In this document: piece by piece, positions 42,249 to 55,839 of the stretch | Layout: each line of letters opens with the position of its first letter | Numbering within the stretch: the stretch's first letter is position 1 | DNA from: Octopus sinensis | Taxonomy: Eukaryota | Length of the DNA stretch: 64,000 nt | Reading direction: 5' to 3' | Assembly: GCF_006345805.1 (NCBI RefSeq) | Contig: NC_043004.1 | Span: 62,806,001-62,870,000 of the forward strand | Translations under genes and position numbers: made by a program | Notes under the pieces: model-generated | Told to the model about the DNA's origin: nothing | Databases searched by the model: none | What the model saw: the letters and a program-made list of their open reading frames with translations, nothing else

Positions 42249-42412
42249 CAAAGTTCCGTAAAGAATTCAAGTCTGTTTGCCTGTGCTGTGTTTCGCCATT
42301 AGAACATGAACAACAGACACAACGCCCAAAGTCAGGTGGAAGCTATAATATTAGTTACAGCCGTACAAACTGCCAAACAGAGCAATTTACCCTGATATCG
42401 GTGAAGGAATGA
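42249..42412 (+). CDS. Orexin/allatotropin-type GPCR, terminal coding exon (helix 8 and C-tail)
   Basis: ttctttttttattgcag|CA AAG TTC CGT; phase 1 completes G|CA = Ala. Encodes [54 protein letters not shown]; compare OX2R GKFREEFKAAFSCC. Confidence 0.9.
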
Positions 42413-42428
42413 CAGACTGCAAGAACAA

Positions 42429-42434
42429 AATAAA
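42429..42434 (+). promoter_or_regulatory. Possible polyadenylation signal AATAAA (another at 42487-42492)
   Basis: Hexamer 17 nt after the GPCR stop. Weak evidence in AT-rich DNA. Confidence 0.2.
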
Positions 42435-42637
42435 CACGATGGAATAATAGTCTTACATATGCATTTAAAAACATATCAAACTTTCGAATAAAATTGCTTA
42501 TTTCTAAACTGAAGAATTACTGAAGGACCTTGAAAGAATTATATATATATACATATTTTGTTTTACTCAACCATCTATATCACGTTTCTTTTTAAGGCAC
42601 TCCTAATGATATGGATATTAAATCATATGTATGCAGG

Positions 42638-42715
<78 letters not shown>

Positions 42716-42815
42716 TTGTATATATATATATACACGCATGTATGCATGTTTGCGTATGCTTGTATAGGTATGTATGTGTTTGGATGGGTGTGTTTCCTGT
42801 GTGCGTGTACGAGAG

Positions 42816-42861
<46 letters not shown>

Positions 42862-43310
42862 TTTGTAATAATATAAACTTACATAGGCACTGAAAATTCA
42901 CATCTAGAATGCAGATTTACACTCACTTGCTCTCAATATTTTAAAACCGGGAAAATATGATTAATACCATGAAAAAGCGAGGAGGATGTGAGAAGCTAAG
43001 AGAGAAAGGTTACGAATTTAAAAGAATATGTTTTGCTTTCTTTTCTTTTTTCTACCTATTTTCTTTTCAGGAAAGGAAACATTTCAACAAGACCTATTAA
43101 AATACTATTCTTAATAGTAGGTCGCATATCATCCTCATCACCAACAAATAAAAAAAAAACATCAGCATACTCAAAGGTGCAAGTACACTGACCATAGAAA
43201 TATTCAAAAATTACACGCTGAAAACCAAAGCTAACGTCATAATATATACATGAGTGTGCCTGTGTGTACACGTGTAACCCTACTCGCAGTCACAGACACA
43301 GGCATACACA

Positions 43311-43348
<38 letters not shown>

Positions 43349-44149
43349 CACATATCTGAATATATATTTATACTTACATATACACATGCATATGAGTCTG
43401 TGCATCAGTGTGTGTTTGCGCGTATGTACACCTAGATAGATTGGTTGATAGATAGATACATACATACATACAGGCATACATGGATACATAGAAAAAATGG
43501 TGCATACGTACATGGTCTTATTTACGTAATCGATATAGAATATAGACTATAATAACAAACGTGTGTGTGTGTGTGTGTTTGTATATATTTATATATATAT
43601 ACATACATGCATACGTACATACATACATACATACAAACATTCGTGTGTGCGTGTGTGTGCGTGCCTATGTGGGCACGCATGTCTGCTTGCGTGCATATTT
43701 ACCACTAAGTTTTTATCTAAAAAAATTATGAGTAAATGTGTAGTTGCAGATTGTTATTAAAGAAATTATGCCTACAACAATAAGTTATAGAAATTTCATT
43801 ATTTCTTGATAGACAGTTTGATGTTTTAATAAGTTTAAAGATATATATGGCGAGAAATAAAAAAAAAACCTAGAATTCGTGTCGGAGACTGATAAAATGA
43901 ACCAAAGTTTCCTTCCCACAAAGAGATCTAAAATTTTTGCTTTGCATTTCATATTCAATTACATTATATTACATGATAATTGCTAGAAGTCATATCATTA
44001 TAATGACATATAGAATTAATACTTCCGCGTGTATGGAAGTCATTACACGCCTCTAACTCCACCTCTGTATATTTTTCTCTCTCGCATTATATATCGAAAC
44101 ATATACATATATACATTTCTTTAACTTTTAATTCTTTCAGTCATGACAT

Positions 44150-44300
44150 CGGTGAAATAAAAAGGGCACCGCTTTGATGAACTTGTATTGGAATGAATCG
44201 ACACCCATTCTTTATTTTTTAAAGCGTGGTGTTTGCTCGATGTGACCGTGACAACACTGATTGTCAAGAGGTTGTAAGTGGCAAACATACACAAATACAT
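44150..44300 (-). mobile_element. SINE family A, degenerate 3' half
   Basis: Reverse complement contains CTTGACAATCAGTGTTG and AAAGCGGTGCCCTTTTATTTC. Confidence 0.5.
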
Positions 44301-44533
44301 CCACACGCTCGTTGACACACGCACTCACACACATACACGAATAAACACTCACACAAACCCCCACACACAGACACACACACACACATATATATATATATAC
44401 CACTTATGAAGTATTATTCGTCCCGAAGCTATAGTAGTAGACAGTTGCCGAAGGTGACACATACTAGCAAATAATCCGGAACTATGTGACAGGGAGACAA
44501 ACATCTTATCTCACAGCCACGCCTAACTATATC

Positions 44534-44534
<1 letters not shown>

Positions 44535-44590
<56 letters not shown>

Positions 44591-44597
44591 CAGACAA

Positions 44598-44687
<90 letters not shown>

Positions 44688-44690
44688 TGA
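44535..44690. repeat. (GATA)n microsatellite
   Basis: Direct reading. Similar arrays at 47320-47420 and 52755-52920. Confidence 0.95.
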
Positions 44691-44752
44691 TGGATCGATT
44701 GACTGACGTGTGGCAATGTGTAAGAATGAGATATATTCAAATTAATATTATG

Positions 44753-44787
<35 letters not shown>

Positions 44788-44907
44788 CGAAAAGAATTCG
44801 CTACAGGTAACTGTTATACTTAGTGAAAACGGAATAAATATGCGCAATTCAGTCACATGCCATTGTAAGAAACATATTGCTTTCAAATATAATGCTATGT
44901 CGCCATG

Positions 44908-44968
<61 letters not shown>

Positions 44969-44978
44969 CATTATTATT

Positions 44979-45022
<44 letters not shown>

Positions 45023-45336
45023 TATTATTATATTTTAAAAGGGTTGACGTAACTCTTCACAGAGGTCAACAGATAGGACGAAGAGCGTGATGCGATTTCA
45101 ATAGGTATATTTTGGTTGAACGATATTTCGATATGTCATTGTCAAGTTCAAAATAAAAAGTGACAAAAATTCAAAATTATAGAGATTCAAATTTCAGGTG
45201 TGGACGATAGTAACCAGCGTCCATATGTTGACGGGATGGCATCATCAGTTTTTAAGTTTCAAATTAATATAATTTCAACTTAAAATACCCTTCAACCAAT
45301 TTGCAATCCCATCACGCTCTTCGTCTTGTCTATTAC

Positions 45337-45402
<66 letters not shown>

Positions 45403-45829
45403 CATTATTATTATTATTATTATTGTTGTTGTTATAGTTTTGTTGTTGTTATTGTTGATATTTCAATTAATTATATATTTTCGTTTTTCAAATACATAAT
45501 ATATCTCTGGAGCTCCGCTTCAACTGCCAGATGCAATCAATATCGTGGAAAATTATAAGTTACTCAAGATCGAAATTTACCGCAAATTTGGAAGCGCCAT
45601 ATATGATGTACCAATGCATTAACAAACGCAATAGTCAGCTTTTCATTTTTTACTAATGTATAGTCATTCATACCAAAGCAGGTGCATATGTTTGTATTTG
45701 TGTGTGTGTGTGTTTGTGTCAGTATGTGAAAGAGAGAGAGAGAGAGAAACAGAGAGTGAGAGAGACAGATAGAGAAATTATACATACATGATTATCTCTA
45801 GAGATACATTGCTAAGACAATATATATTT

Positions 45830-46432
45830 TAGCACGCCGAGCGAAATGCTTAGTGGTATTTTGTCTGCCGTTACGTTGTGAGTTCAAATTCCGCCGAGGT
45901 CGACTTTGCTTTTCATCCTTTCGAAGTCGATAAATTAAGTACCAGTTACGCACTGGGGTCGATGTAATCGACTTAATACATATGTCTGTCCTTGTTTGTC
46001 CACTCTATGTTTAGCTCCTTGTGAGCAATAAAGAAATAGGAATTTGACTGTCCTTACGTTCTGGGTTCTAATTCCGCCGAGGTCAACTTTGCCGTTCATC
46101 CTTTCGGGTTCGATTAAGTAAGTACCAGTTATGTACTGGAGACGATATAATAGATTTATCATCTTGTTTGTCCCTTCTCTGTTTATGCCATCTGGGCATT
46201 AAATAAAGAAATATATTTTAATACACTAAGGCGGCGGGCTAGGCGAAACGTTAGCACGTCGGCCAAAATGCTTAGCCGTATTTCGTCTGTCTTTCCATTC
46301 AAATTCCGTCGAGGTCGACTTTGCCGTTCATCCTTTCAGGTTCGATAAATTAAGTACCAGTTGCATACTGGCTTCGATCTAATAGATTGGCCCTCTCCTT
46401 CAAAATTTCGGGCCTTGTGCCTAGTGTAGAAC
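45830..46432 (+). mobile_element. Three tandem same-strand copies of SINE family B (tRNA-like head + conserved core)
   Basis: Copies at 45830-46039, 46046-46214 and 46227-46432 share TTC(A/T)AATTCCG(C/T)CGAGGTC(G/A)ACTTTGC..TTCATCCTTTC.....CGAT.AA.TAAGTACCAGTT. Confidence 0.85.
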
Positions 46433-47347
46433 AAAAAGAAAGAAAAACATATTTTAATTCACATTGTGCATTCATCCGCGCTATAGAACTGAATTTTCCC
46501 CAGTTGTCTGACGAATCTCTTGTATCCAAATGAAGTTATTTTAGCAACGAACGATATGCATTTTATTTATTTTATATCTAGATGATCGGTTATTATTTTA
46601 GGTCCGGCAACCTTCTGGTACTTCAAATCAACAGCAACAGCAGCAACAAAAACGCAAAAGGATTAAAGGTCATTGCAATTATTTCCATAGATGTATTTTA
46701 TTTTTTGGATTACAAATCACTGACATAATTTTTAAAAAAGAAACGTTTTTTTGTAGGTGAATTAAAATTAAGATCAGAAATTTTCACACAAAAACTATAG
46801 AATATATTTAGGATTTTAAGGATGTAGGACTTTTCGGTAGCGGTGGAGAGAGTAATTTTGGATTCTGATCTTAATTCACCTGAAGCAAGCGGTTTTCTTT
46901 TTTACCTGATGTAATTCATTTGTTCATCTATAAATCTCGTCGAATACAACTGCTGTGAAAATTAACCTATTTCAGTTATAATTATTTATTGTACACTACA
47001 CCCGCAACGTTCACGGAATTGTATCTCGAGCCGGAAATGGACCTTGGATAAAATGCCGGAGTATAGCCTTGTGTGATTTTACGTATACCCTGATTATACT
47101 GGACAATATCATGGATGTATGGGTAACTGGAAGGACAAGTCCGTATATGTTTTAGTAAGATAGAGCGTTGTTATCATAAGAATACCTCGGCCCAATTGAA
47201 TCCTGCAAATATACTCACACACACACACGCACACTTACACACACACGCACGCACATATATATATATATATATATATGTACAGAGGAAGAGGGAGAGAGAC
47301 AGAGAGACAGACAGACAGACTGACAGATAGATTGATAGATAAATAGC

Positions 47348-47422
<75 letters not shown>

Positions 47423-48769
47423 GATATTTATAATCTATAGGCTATCAAATTGTCTACATATAATGTACGAACGTGGTTTGAGCAGTATTTAATTAACTGA
47501 ATAACTACCGATTAAACTTCTGTTGATAAGAAAGAGAAACACTTCACAAGTACAAGTTACACTTGAATAAACATGCAATATGCTTCTCAGTTTGAATACT
47601 ATTAATATTTTAAACGCGGAAAACAAAAATTCAAACTGACATTACAATTACGAAGTTTTTCCTAATATAATTACATACTGATTATATAGATATGGAAGAT
47701 GCACAATATACTTGACATAAGCTAGAAATAATCATTTTTGATTTATTTCATCAGAGAATATTGCTTCAAATTCATTCGACTTAAGAAATACACATTACAT
47801 ATTATATATATATATATTGTTTATTTGAAGGGGGTCAACAGGCCTATGATGTGTTGTATTTTAATTTGCAATGCATGTTTATTTTTTAAATCGATTGTAT
47901 TTCGAATAATGAAGACAAAGTGAATGGACAATATTTTTGTTTTATGCTTGCAGAAACAATCGTTATATCAATTTGAATTATATGTACAATAGGTAGATAA
48001 ACAGACTGACACCAGGCAGATAAATAGGTTGATAGGTAGCTACATACGTTTATGTCTATCTGTGTTTGTGTTTGTTTATGTGTGTCTCAAAAACAAATTA
48101 TTTCACAAACCGGTCTTGACTTGACATTGGAACAAAAGCATAACTAAGCAATTAATGACGATAATTCATCTTGAAGGCAATCGAACAACTAAAGGAAGGG
48201 AAGGATTTTAAAATGTATAATAGTAAATCTATACACGCAAGTACGTACACGCACACATACACTCACGCACACAGAAACACATATACATGCATGCATATTA
48301 TAAGAGTGTATGCATTATATATATACATTTTACAAATTAGGAGAAACAGCTATTTATAAAAGCCATCGCTGTTGTCTCACATAAAATGTTTTCGTATTTC
48401 ATTATTTGTAACATGGGTTAACTCACTGTAGAATCTAAGTACGTAGGATCTGGAATGCTTGAACTGTGATAGTTTATTTTATGCATAAAATTCAAGACGC
48501 TATTCACAAACTGGGTCTAACTTGATTGACTGCATTTGAGACATTGCATGTACATATTTTACATGCCTCTTACATGTCTCCGTTTGTGTGCATTGCCTTA
48601 ACTCATACAGAAAATGCCGCGTCTTAGTCTTTGATAATCCGCACACATATGTACCTTGCAAGTATTGTAAGTATGCAAATAAATGTGTGTGTGTGTGTAT
48701 GTATGTACGTGTAATATATAATTATGCGTTTATATATTATGTATATATATATATATATATATCATTATA

Positions 48770-48816
48770 AATGCCCTGACAACTCCTCACACCCGTGGTT
48801 TTGTTATCTCATTCTG

Positions 48817-48848
<32 letters not shown>

Positions 48849-49064
48849 CCTTTCAACATGTGACATCGTGAGAACCGGCAGCAATTTTTTTTTCCTCTGT
48901 CTTCCCTTCTCGGGATCTTTCCTTCTCCTTTGTTTCCGACGAAGAGCTCCCCTCGAAACGTTAAACCCTCCTTCTTCCCTTCTTTCCTGGGCGTCCAATA
49001 ATAATTTATTTGTTCCACGTCCTCGCGTCGTTGTGTTTTTTTGTACTTTCTTGTTTGGATTAAC

Positions 49065-49065
<1 letters not shown>
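48770..49065 (+). mobile_element. Penelope-type terminal fragment with hammerhead motif
   Basis: GTTT-CCGACGA-A-GAG-CTCCC-CTC-GAAAC-GTT-AAAC at 48932-48966 with stem I GTTT/AAAC. Pyrimidine-rich flanks ending in (TA)n. Confidence 0.65.
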
Positions 49066-49105
<40 letters not shown>

Positions 49106-49212
49106 CATACAGTAAAAGTAATTAAGATTTACTGCAATATTTGCAGTCTTAATAAAGCTGTCTTCGTACGAAACAATTATACTGAAATATTGATCATTCT
49201 TGTTGCTTTTTT

Positions 49213-49281
<69 letters not shown>

Positions 49282-50852
49282 CTATGAGTTTGTGTGTGTC
49301 TATATATATATATATATTTATGTATATATATACGCATGTTTGTATTTGTGTATATATATATATATATGTATATATATATAGAGAAAGAGAGAGAGAGAGA
49401 GAAAAAGAGAAAGTCTGATAGGTAGACAGAGACGCAAATGAAGCCATCAACAGATGTGTGTGCGTGTGGCCATATGAGTATACGTAATTTTTCTGAAAAG
49501 CAATCATACACAAGAAGGCGTCTGTTCCTATTTGCCTACGTGACATTCTACTAACTACAACAACGTGTCTCGTTTACAGGCAACATAAGTGAAGCAGTAA
49601 TTTTATTGACTGTGAATACGTTTTTTCACCAAGTAGGGTAAGCATTTACTCAATCCCTCAGGGCTCACTAATCTTTTAGATAATCCCAAAATGTTTAATG
49701 TCTCAACGAAAATATTTGTCTCTCATGTATCCACATTGCACTAACATATTTTTATCAAACTTATATATATTTTACAAATATTTGGTTACTTATGAACTAG
49801 GGGCTTCAATCTGGAAACAAGGACCTTATTTAATGCACATTGTTTCACAGCTATTAAAAATCGAACACACACGCGTGCAGACATACACGTACCATCGTAC
49901 ATATCACACATATGCTCTCATTAATACACATTAGTATATCTATCTATCTATCTGTCTATTTCTCTATCTATATATCTCTTTATATCTATCTATTTATCTG
50001 TATCTATCTCTATCTATCTATCTACCTATCTATCTATATATATATTCTAGCTGAATTCACTCACAATATATCTACTATATTTTACGTCAATAGTTCATGA
50101 TTGATGTCCATAGTCTCTTGTTGGTGCGATGAAAAATTATTTAGCAAAGTGTCATGCACTTAAATTTTTTCAAAGTTATATTTTACAAAGTTCTCTCACA
50201 ATATTGTAGGTGTAATTTCTCAAAGTTACGTACAAATGATTCTAATAGATGTTGAAAATGTTTCACCTGACTAAGTGCAAAAAATTCGCACGTTTATACG
50301 TTCCTGCAGCCGAGAAATGATAATTATCGTTATATGGAATATACAATCCTCCCTGTTTTTCTTCTTTTTCTGTTTTACAGTTACAAGACCGGGAAATACT
50401 TTTGCAAGGCTTTCAAGATATCTCACTAGAGAATGACTTCTGTAGATCTGTAATTAGATCCTCGTTCCGGGAACACGAAATCTTGGCCAAGTATACTTGC
50501 ACGCAATCTTCATTTACGTCATTTATTTCAATACGAGTGAATGGTACACGGCGTGTGCCCTCGCGCACATTCATACATGTATACATACATGTATGCATGC
50601 ATATATACGTACATATCTACCAGAATATGCGTATAGTTTAATGCTAATCCACATTAACCTGAATAACAGGGGAAAGAACATTTTAAGAAAATAATCTATT
50701 ACATCAAACGTTGAGATTGTCATAACTATTCGTGCATTATTTCTTCACCGGGGAAACGAAAGCGAGAAGTAATAGGCATAGGTTAAAGAGACAAATATGA
50801 AATATATATATATACGTGTGTGTGTGTGTATATATATACATATATATATATA

Positions 50853-51657
50853 TTTACTCTTTTACTCTTTTACTTGTTTCAGCCATCCGGCTGAGGCCAT
50901 GCTGGGGCACCGCCCTTGTTGCTACCCTCTCTAAATCCAGTTTGCCGTGGCTGGCCACTGATCTAAGAGAGAGTTTGTAGCTGCTGCTCTTTGGTTACCT
51001 TCGTACCTTGCAGTGGGTTCATCTGGGATCCCGGAAAGCAGCTTGTCTAGATGTTTTTTGAAAATGTCCACATCCGCATCATGTAGATCTCTTAGTTTTC
51101 TTGGCAGTTTGTTGAACAGCTAAGGGCCCCTGAACCCCAGGCTATTACAGTATCTGCTCCTTACCCTGGATGTGGAAGACGGGACCTTTGGCACTACACA
51201 GTGACGTCCTGTACGGGGATTGGAACAGCTCTCAATTCCAAAATTTGGTGCTAGTCCCTCCAGGTTTTTCCATATGTATATCACTGCATATCTCTCTCGT
51301 CTTCGTTCCAAGTAGTACAAATTGAGTTCCCTAAGCCTCTCCCAATAGTTCTTTTCTTTCATGGTGGAAATCCTCTTGGTGAAATGTCTTTGGATTGTCT
51401 CAAGCTCTGTGGTTAGTTTGACACTATGCGGTGACCACAGTTGGGAGCAGTAGTCCAGGCGGCTTAGGACAAATGTCCTCCATAGTGTCAACATGGTCTC
51501 GCAGTCCCTTGTCCGGAATGTCCTCAGATCCAGCCAGTGAGTCGTCTGCACATTGTCACCACCTTCGCGATGTGTGAAGAAAAAGATGCATCGTCACTCA
51601 TGTCTATCCCCAGGTCCCGTATTGATTTCGATACTGGGATTTCGATCCCTCCTGGAC

Positions 51658-51658
<1 letters not shown>
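50853..51658 (-). mobile_element. Second CR1-group LINE family, 5'-truncated 3' end
   Basis: IRDLGIDM...TGWI/LRTFRTRD...VLSRLDYCSQLWSPH...ERRRERYAVIY...GFRGP*LFNKLP...LDKLLSGIPDEP. One frameshift (~51530) and one nonsense codon (51120). 3' tail ...GCTGAAACAAGTAAAAGAGTAAAAGAGTAAA. Both ends lie in (TA)n. Confidence 0.88.
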
Positions 51659-51727
<69 letters not shown>

Positions 51728-51736
51728 TATATACTA

Positions 51737-51836
<100 letters not shown>

Positions 51837-51962
51837 TATATATATTTAAATACAACGAAATTTAAAAATATAAATGAAGTGGCAAGACAAACTTAAATGT
51901 TCCGATGCCAAGGATTAATTCCTTAGAATTGAGAGACTCACGAAGGAAGGAATGTGTAAGTA

Positions 51963-52110
51963 CGAATGTTTGGGTCACAAAGGAACGAATGTTTGGGTCA
52001 CAAAGGAACGAATGTTTGGGTCACAAAGGAACGAATGTTTGGGTCACAAAGGAACGAATGTTTGGGTCACAAAGGAACGAATGTTTGGGTCACAAAGGAA
52101 CGAATGTTTG
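51963..52110. repeat. Minisatellite: 6 perfect copies plus a partial copy of CGAATGTTTGGGTCACAAAGGAA (23 bp)
   Basis: Direct reading. No spacers. Confidence 0.95.
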
Positions 52111-52752
52111 AGTGCATATTTCAGAGTTTATCCGTGAGTGGAGTAGATAGAAAGGTCATTGTGTATGCGAGTGTATATGTGGGGCGCATATATACGTGTA
52201 GATATTGCCAGCATCATATATGTTTGTTGTTGATATTTGGGTGGGTGTCTCAAAACGTATGTAATTTTTAAATATGCTGAGTGTATTTTAGCATGTCGGA
52301 AATTGTCGGATAAATGAATACGTCAAAAGAAAAGATGGATAGTATGCGGAAGGTGGGTGTTATTTACGAGTAGTAGAGAAGTCTAATTTTTGAGACACCG
52401 TTGTGAAACAAAAGGGAAAGTTCATGATACAATTAGAAAACGAGTGAAACACTTTTCAAGAATTATAAATTCCTAGATGAGACACTTTCAAAGAAATGGT
52501 AAACAATTAGAGAAATTGATAAAGATTGAAGATTCTCAAAAATTCCTTGGAATAAAAGTAAGGATCAGAAATGTGAAAAAGATACAAGTATGGCCTTGTT
52601 ACAGGCATGCTCCAAGGAAGAGATGTAATAAGTGAATTAGTTTGAAAGAAGGGTGAGCATGAGTAAAGGGACGCAGCAGAGGAATGGAATTTGTGTGAAA
52701 CTTGTTCACTAAGTATAAAGTGATTAGTTATAAGTAGGTTGTTATTCAAGGG

Positions 52753-52816
<64 letters not shown>

Positions 52817-52819
52817 GTC

Positions 52820-52873
<54 letters not shown>

Positions 52874-52926
52874 GTCTGTCTATCTGTCTGTCTGTCTGTC
52901 TATCTATCTTTCTATCTATCTATATG

Positions 52927-52978
<52 letters not shown>

Positions 52979-53027
52979 TATATATATATATATATATTAT
53001 ATATATAGATATATATGTTATATGTAC

Positions 53028-53385
53028 ATGGTCCCGGGTTCAGTCCCACTGCGTAGATCTTGAGCAAGTGTCTTCTGCTATAGGCCCGGGCCGACCAATG
53101 CCTTGTGAGTGGATTTGTAGACGGAAACTGAAAGAAAAATCTGTCGTATATATGTATATATATATGTGTGTGTGTTTGTGTTTGTGTGTCTGTATTTGTC
53201 CCCTAGGATTGCTTGACAACCGATGCTGGTGTGTTTATGCCCCCGTTCACTTAGCGGTTCGGCAAAAGAGACCGATAGAATAAGTACTGGGCTTACAAGA
53301 AAGTCCCGGGGTCGATTTGCTCGACTAAAGGTGGTGCTCCAGCATGGCCGCAGTCGAATGACTGAAACAAGAAAAGAGTAAAATA
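53028..53385 (+). mobile_element. SINE family A, young copy lacking the first ~35 nt
   Basis: CATGGTCCCGGGTTCAGTCCCACTGCGT...GAGCAAGTGTCTTC...GGTGGTGCTCCAGCATGGCCGCAGTCGAATGACTGAAACAAGAAAAGAGTAAAA. Confidence 0.9.
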
Positions 53386-53416
53386 TATATATATATTATA
53401 TATATATAATATTATA

Positions 53417-53447
<31 letters not shown>

Positions 53448-54882
53448 GTATGTATGTATGTATGTATATATAATATAGGACAGTGTGTAAGGTATGATAA
53501 TACTCAGAGTTTCAAATAGTGGAGTAGAATGCTTCTAGTAATTTTTCATCGGTTATTAAGACAAGAACGCTATGAAAAAACGAAAACCGTTGAAGGGAGG
53601 GAAGTTACTCTAATTAGCGTGGAAAAAATATAAGTATACGATATAAAATATGAAATATATAAATAAATTATCAAAATACCGGCAACCACATACTCATAAA
53701 GATGTATGAATATACATATATACACATATATAAACACACGCGTATATACATACACAGGCATATGCATATATATGTACAAATGTATACACACACACACACA
53801 CACACACACACATACGTATATATGCACACTCAACATCAACCTCGCATTGATATATGTCCACGTTTATATATAGACATTTATACAAATGAAAAATTACCCA
53901 ACAAACTTATGTATATATATACATATTATATATTATATATATATATATAATATATATATATATAATAATATATATATTAGATCAATAGATAAATACACAA
54001 CACACGAACACAACACACACACACACACACAAACACACATATATATATATTCATATATATATATATATATGCATTCAATATCTATTAAATATCCTTTTTC
54101 CGTTGTATTGTTTCGTTTCCTTCTATTCATGTGAAAGAGCTTATTTTTGCTTCCTTATTTGAACATATGGGCAGTATGGTTTTCTTTTTCTAATCAGTAC
54201 TAAGTTTTGTGAACTTTATACTATTATCAAACTAGTGAGCAAATTAGAAATTAAAATAATTGCTTATGCAGTCAATAAGTTCGTTTGCGAATAGTGTTGT
54301 TTCGGGTTATGACCCACCGTGTATCACATTAAACAAACATGTTCTAATATAACACAATGTTGGTCAAGTCAGAAAACTGTGTGGTATCTGATCGTAAATA
54401 TAGATGTGTGTATGTACGTGTGTATATGTATGTATGTATGTATGTATGCATGCATACATGCATAATTGTATTTTGTATGCATTTTCGTATTTGTGATTTT
54501 TTTATTCCTTCTTGCATCAGAAATGGTTTTGATTTTGTATGCCTACGTAGTTTAGAAATATGATATACGTTAACGATTCAATGAATTATAATAGATTATA
54601 ATAGATTTGAGGTGGGGTTCCTTTCATCCACTACATCTTTAACAGCTGCACCAATACATGGCGAGTTTAGTGCCTGAAAGAGGGAACATAATACACGATT
54701 GTTCATATATATGACAAAGGGAACTTATCTGAATCTAGCAGATAATATGAGTAAAAATCATTTTCTATATGAATTTAGGCATCATGAATTCGTAATATTT
54801 ATTCTAAAAAGTATGTACGATATAGAAAAAATCAATTATCAGTAATATAGACTGTTCATACACTTGGTACAACTAAGAAAGC

Positions 54883-54924
<42 letters not shown>

Positions 54925-55439
54925 TATATAATATATATATAATATAGATATATATATATATATATAGGTGTGTACGTGTGCCTGTGTGCCTGTGTTTGTG
55001 TGTGAGTGCTAAAGTGTAAATAAAATGAAACAATAAAGCAAGACAGTGAAATTCCTCGGGACATTATGAAAAGAAAGGTAGTCTTGCAGCAGTTTCTGGA
55101 TATAAAGGAAATCCCATGATCAGAGACGAATTGAGAGATTTAAATATAAGTAAATAGTAGAGTTCAATATCAGGAGTTCTTTTGGAAAGGGAGAGATATA
55201 GGAAGTATAGAGGGCAATATGAGGATAAAAATAAAGATATATGTTTCATGTTATTATTACAGTTTCGTTATCCAAGTACATTCATTGGATAATACTTAAC
55301 ACATCCATAATGATCTTTGAAGATGTGTTAACGTATTTCTTATTATTTGGATTACTTTTTACTCCTCGCTAAACCCACACAACGATTCTACCGTCATGAA
55401 AAAAAGATTTTCCACTCCTGAAGATATATATTATTATAA

Positions 55440-55509
<70 letters not shown>

Positions 55510-55773
55510 TATATATATATATACATATATATATATACGTAACGTCGATACATCATGAATCGGAAAAAGAAACACACACTTTATACTATCGTATAAAGAT
55601 TGATAAGGCCAGTCTATGGGATTAACCTGCGTTTCGCATTCCTAAAGCTCTTAGCTTTACACCGTATCGTTGGCGTGTCATGGTATGCTGTAAAGTAAGC
55701 GCTTCGTGGATGTGAAAATCAGGTATTACCATATACGGTCTTATCTATCTCATATATAAGATGTGTGTATGTA

Positions 55774-55839
<66 letters not shown>

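Noticed and set aside
46602-46668. Possible small exon VRQPSGTSNQQQQQQQKRKRIK
   Set aside because: Weak donor (GTCATT), a downstream candidate exon stops after 14 codons, and the poly-Q comes from a CAA/CAG microsatellite.
51963-52110. CRISPR-like 23-bp repeats
   Set aside because: Units are contiguous with no spacers, there are no cas genes, and the context is eukaryotic.
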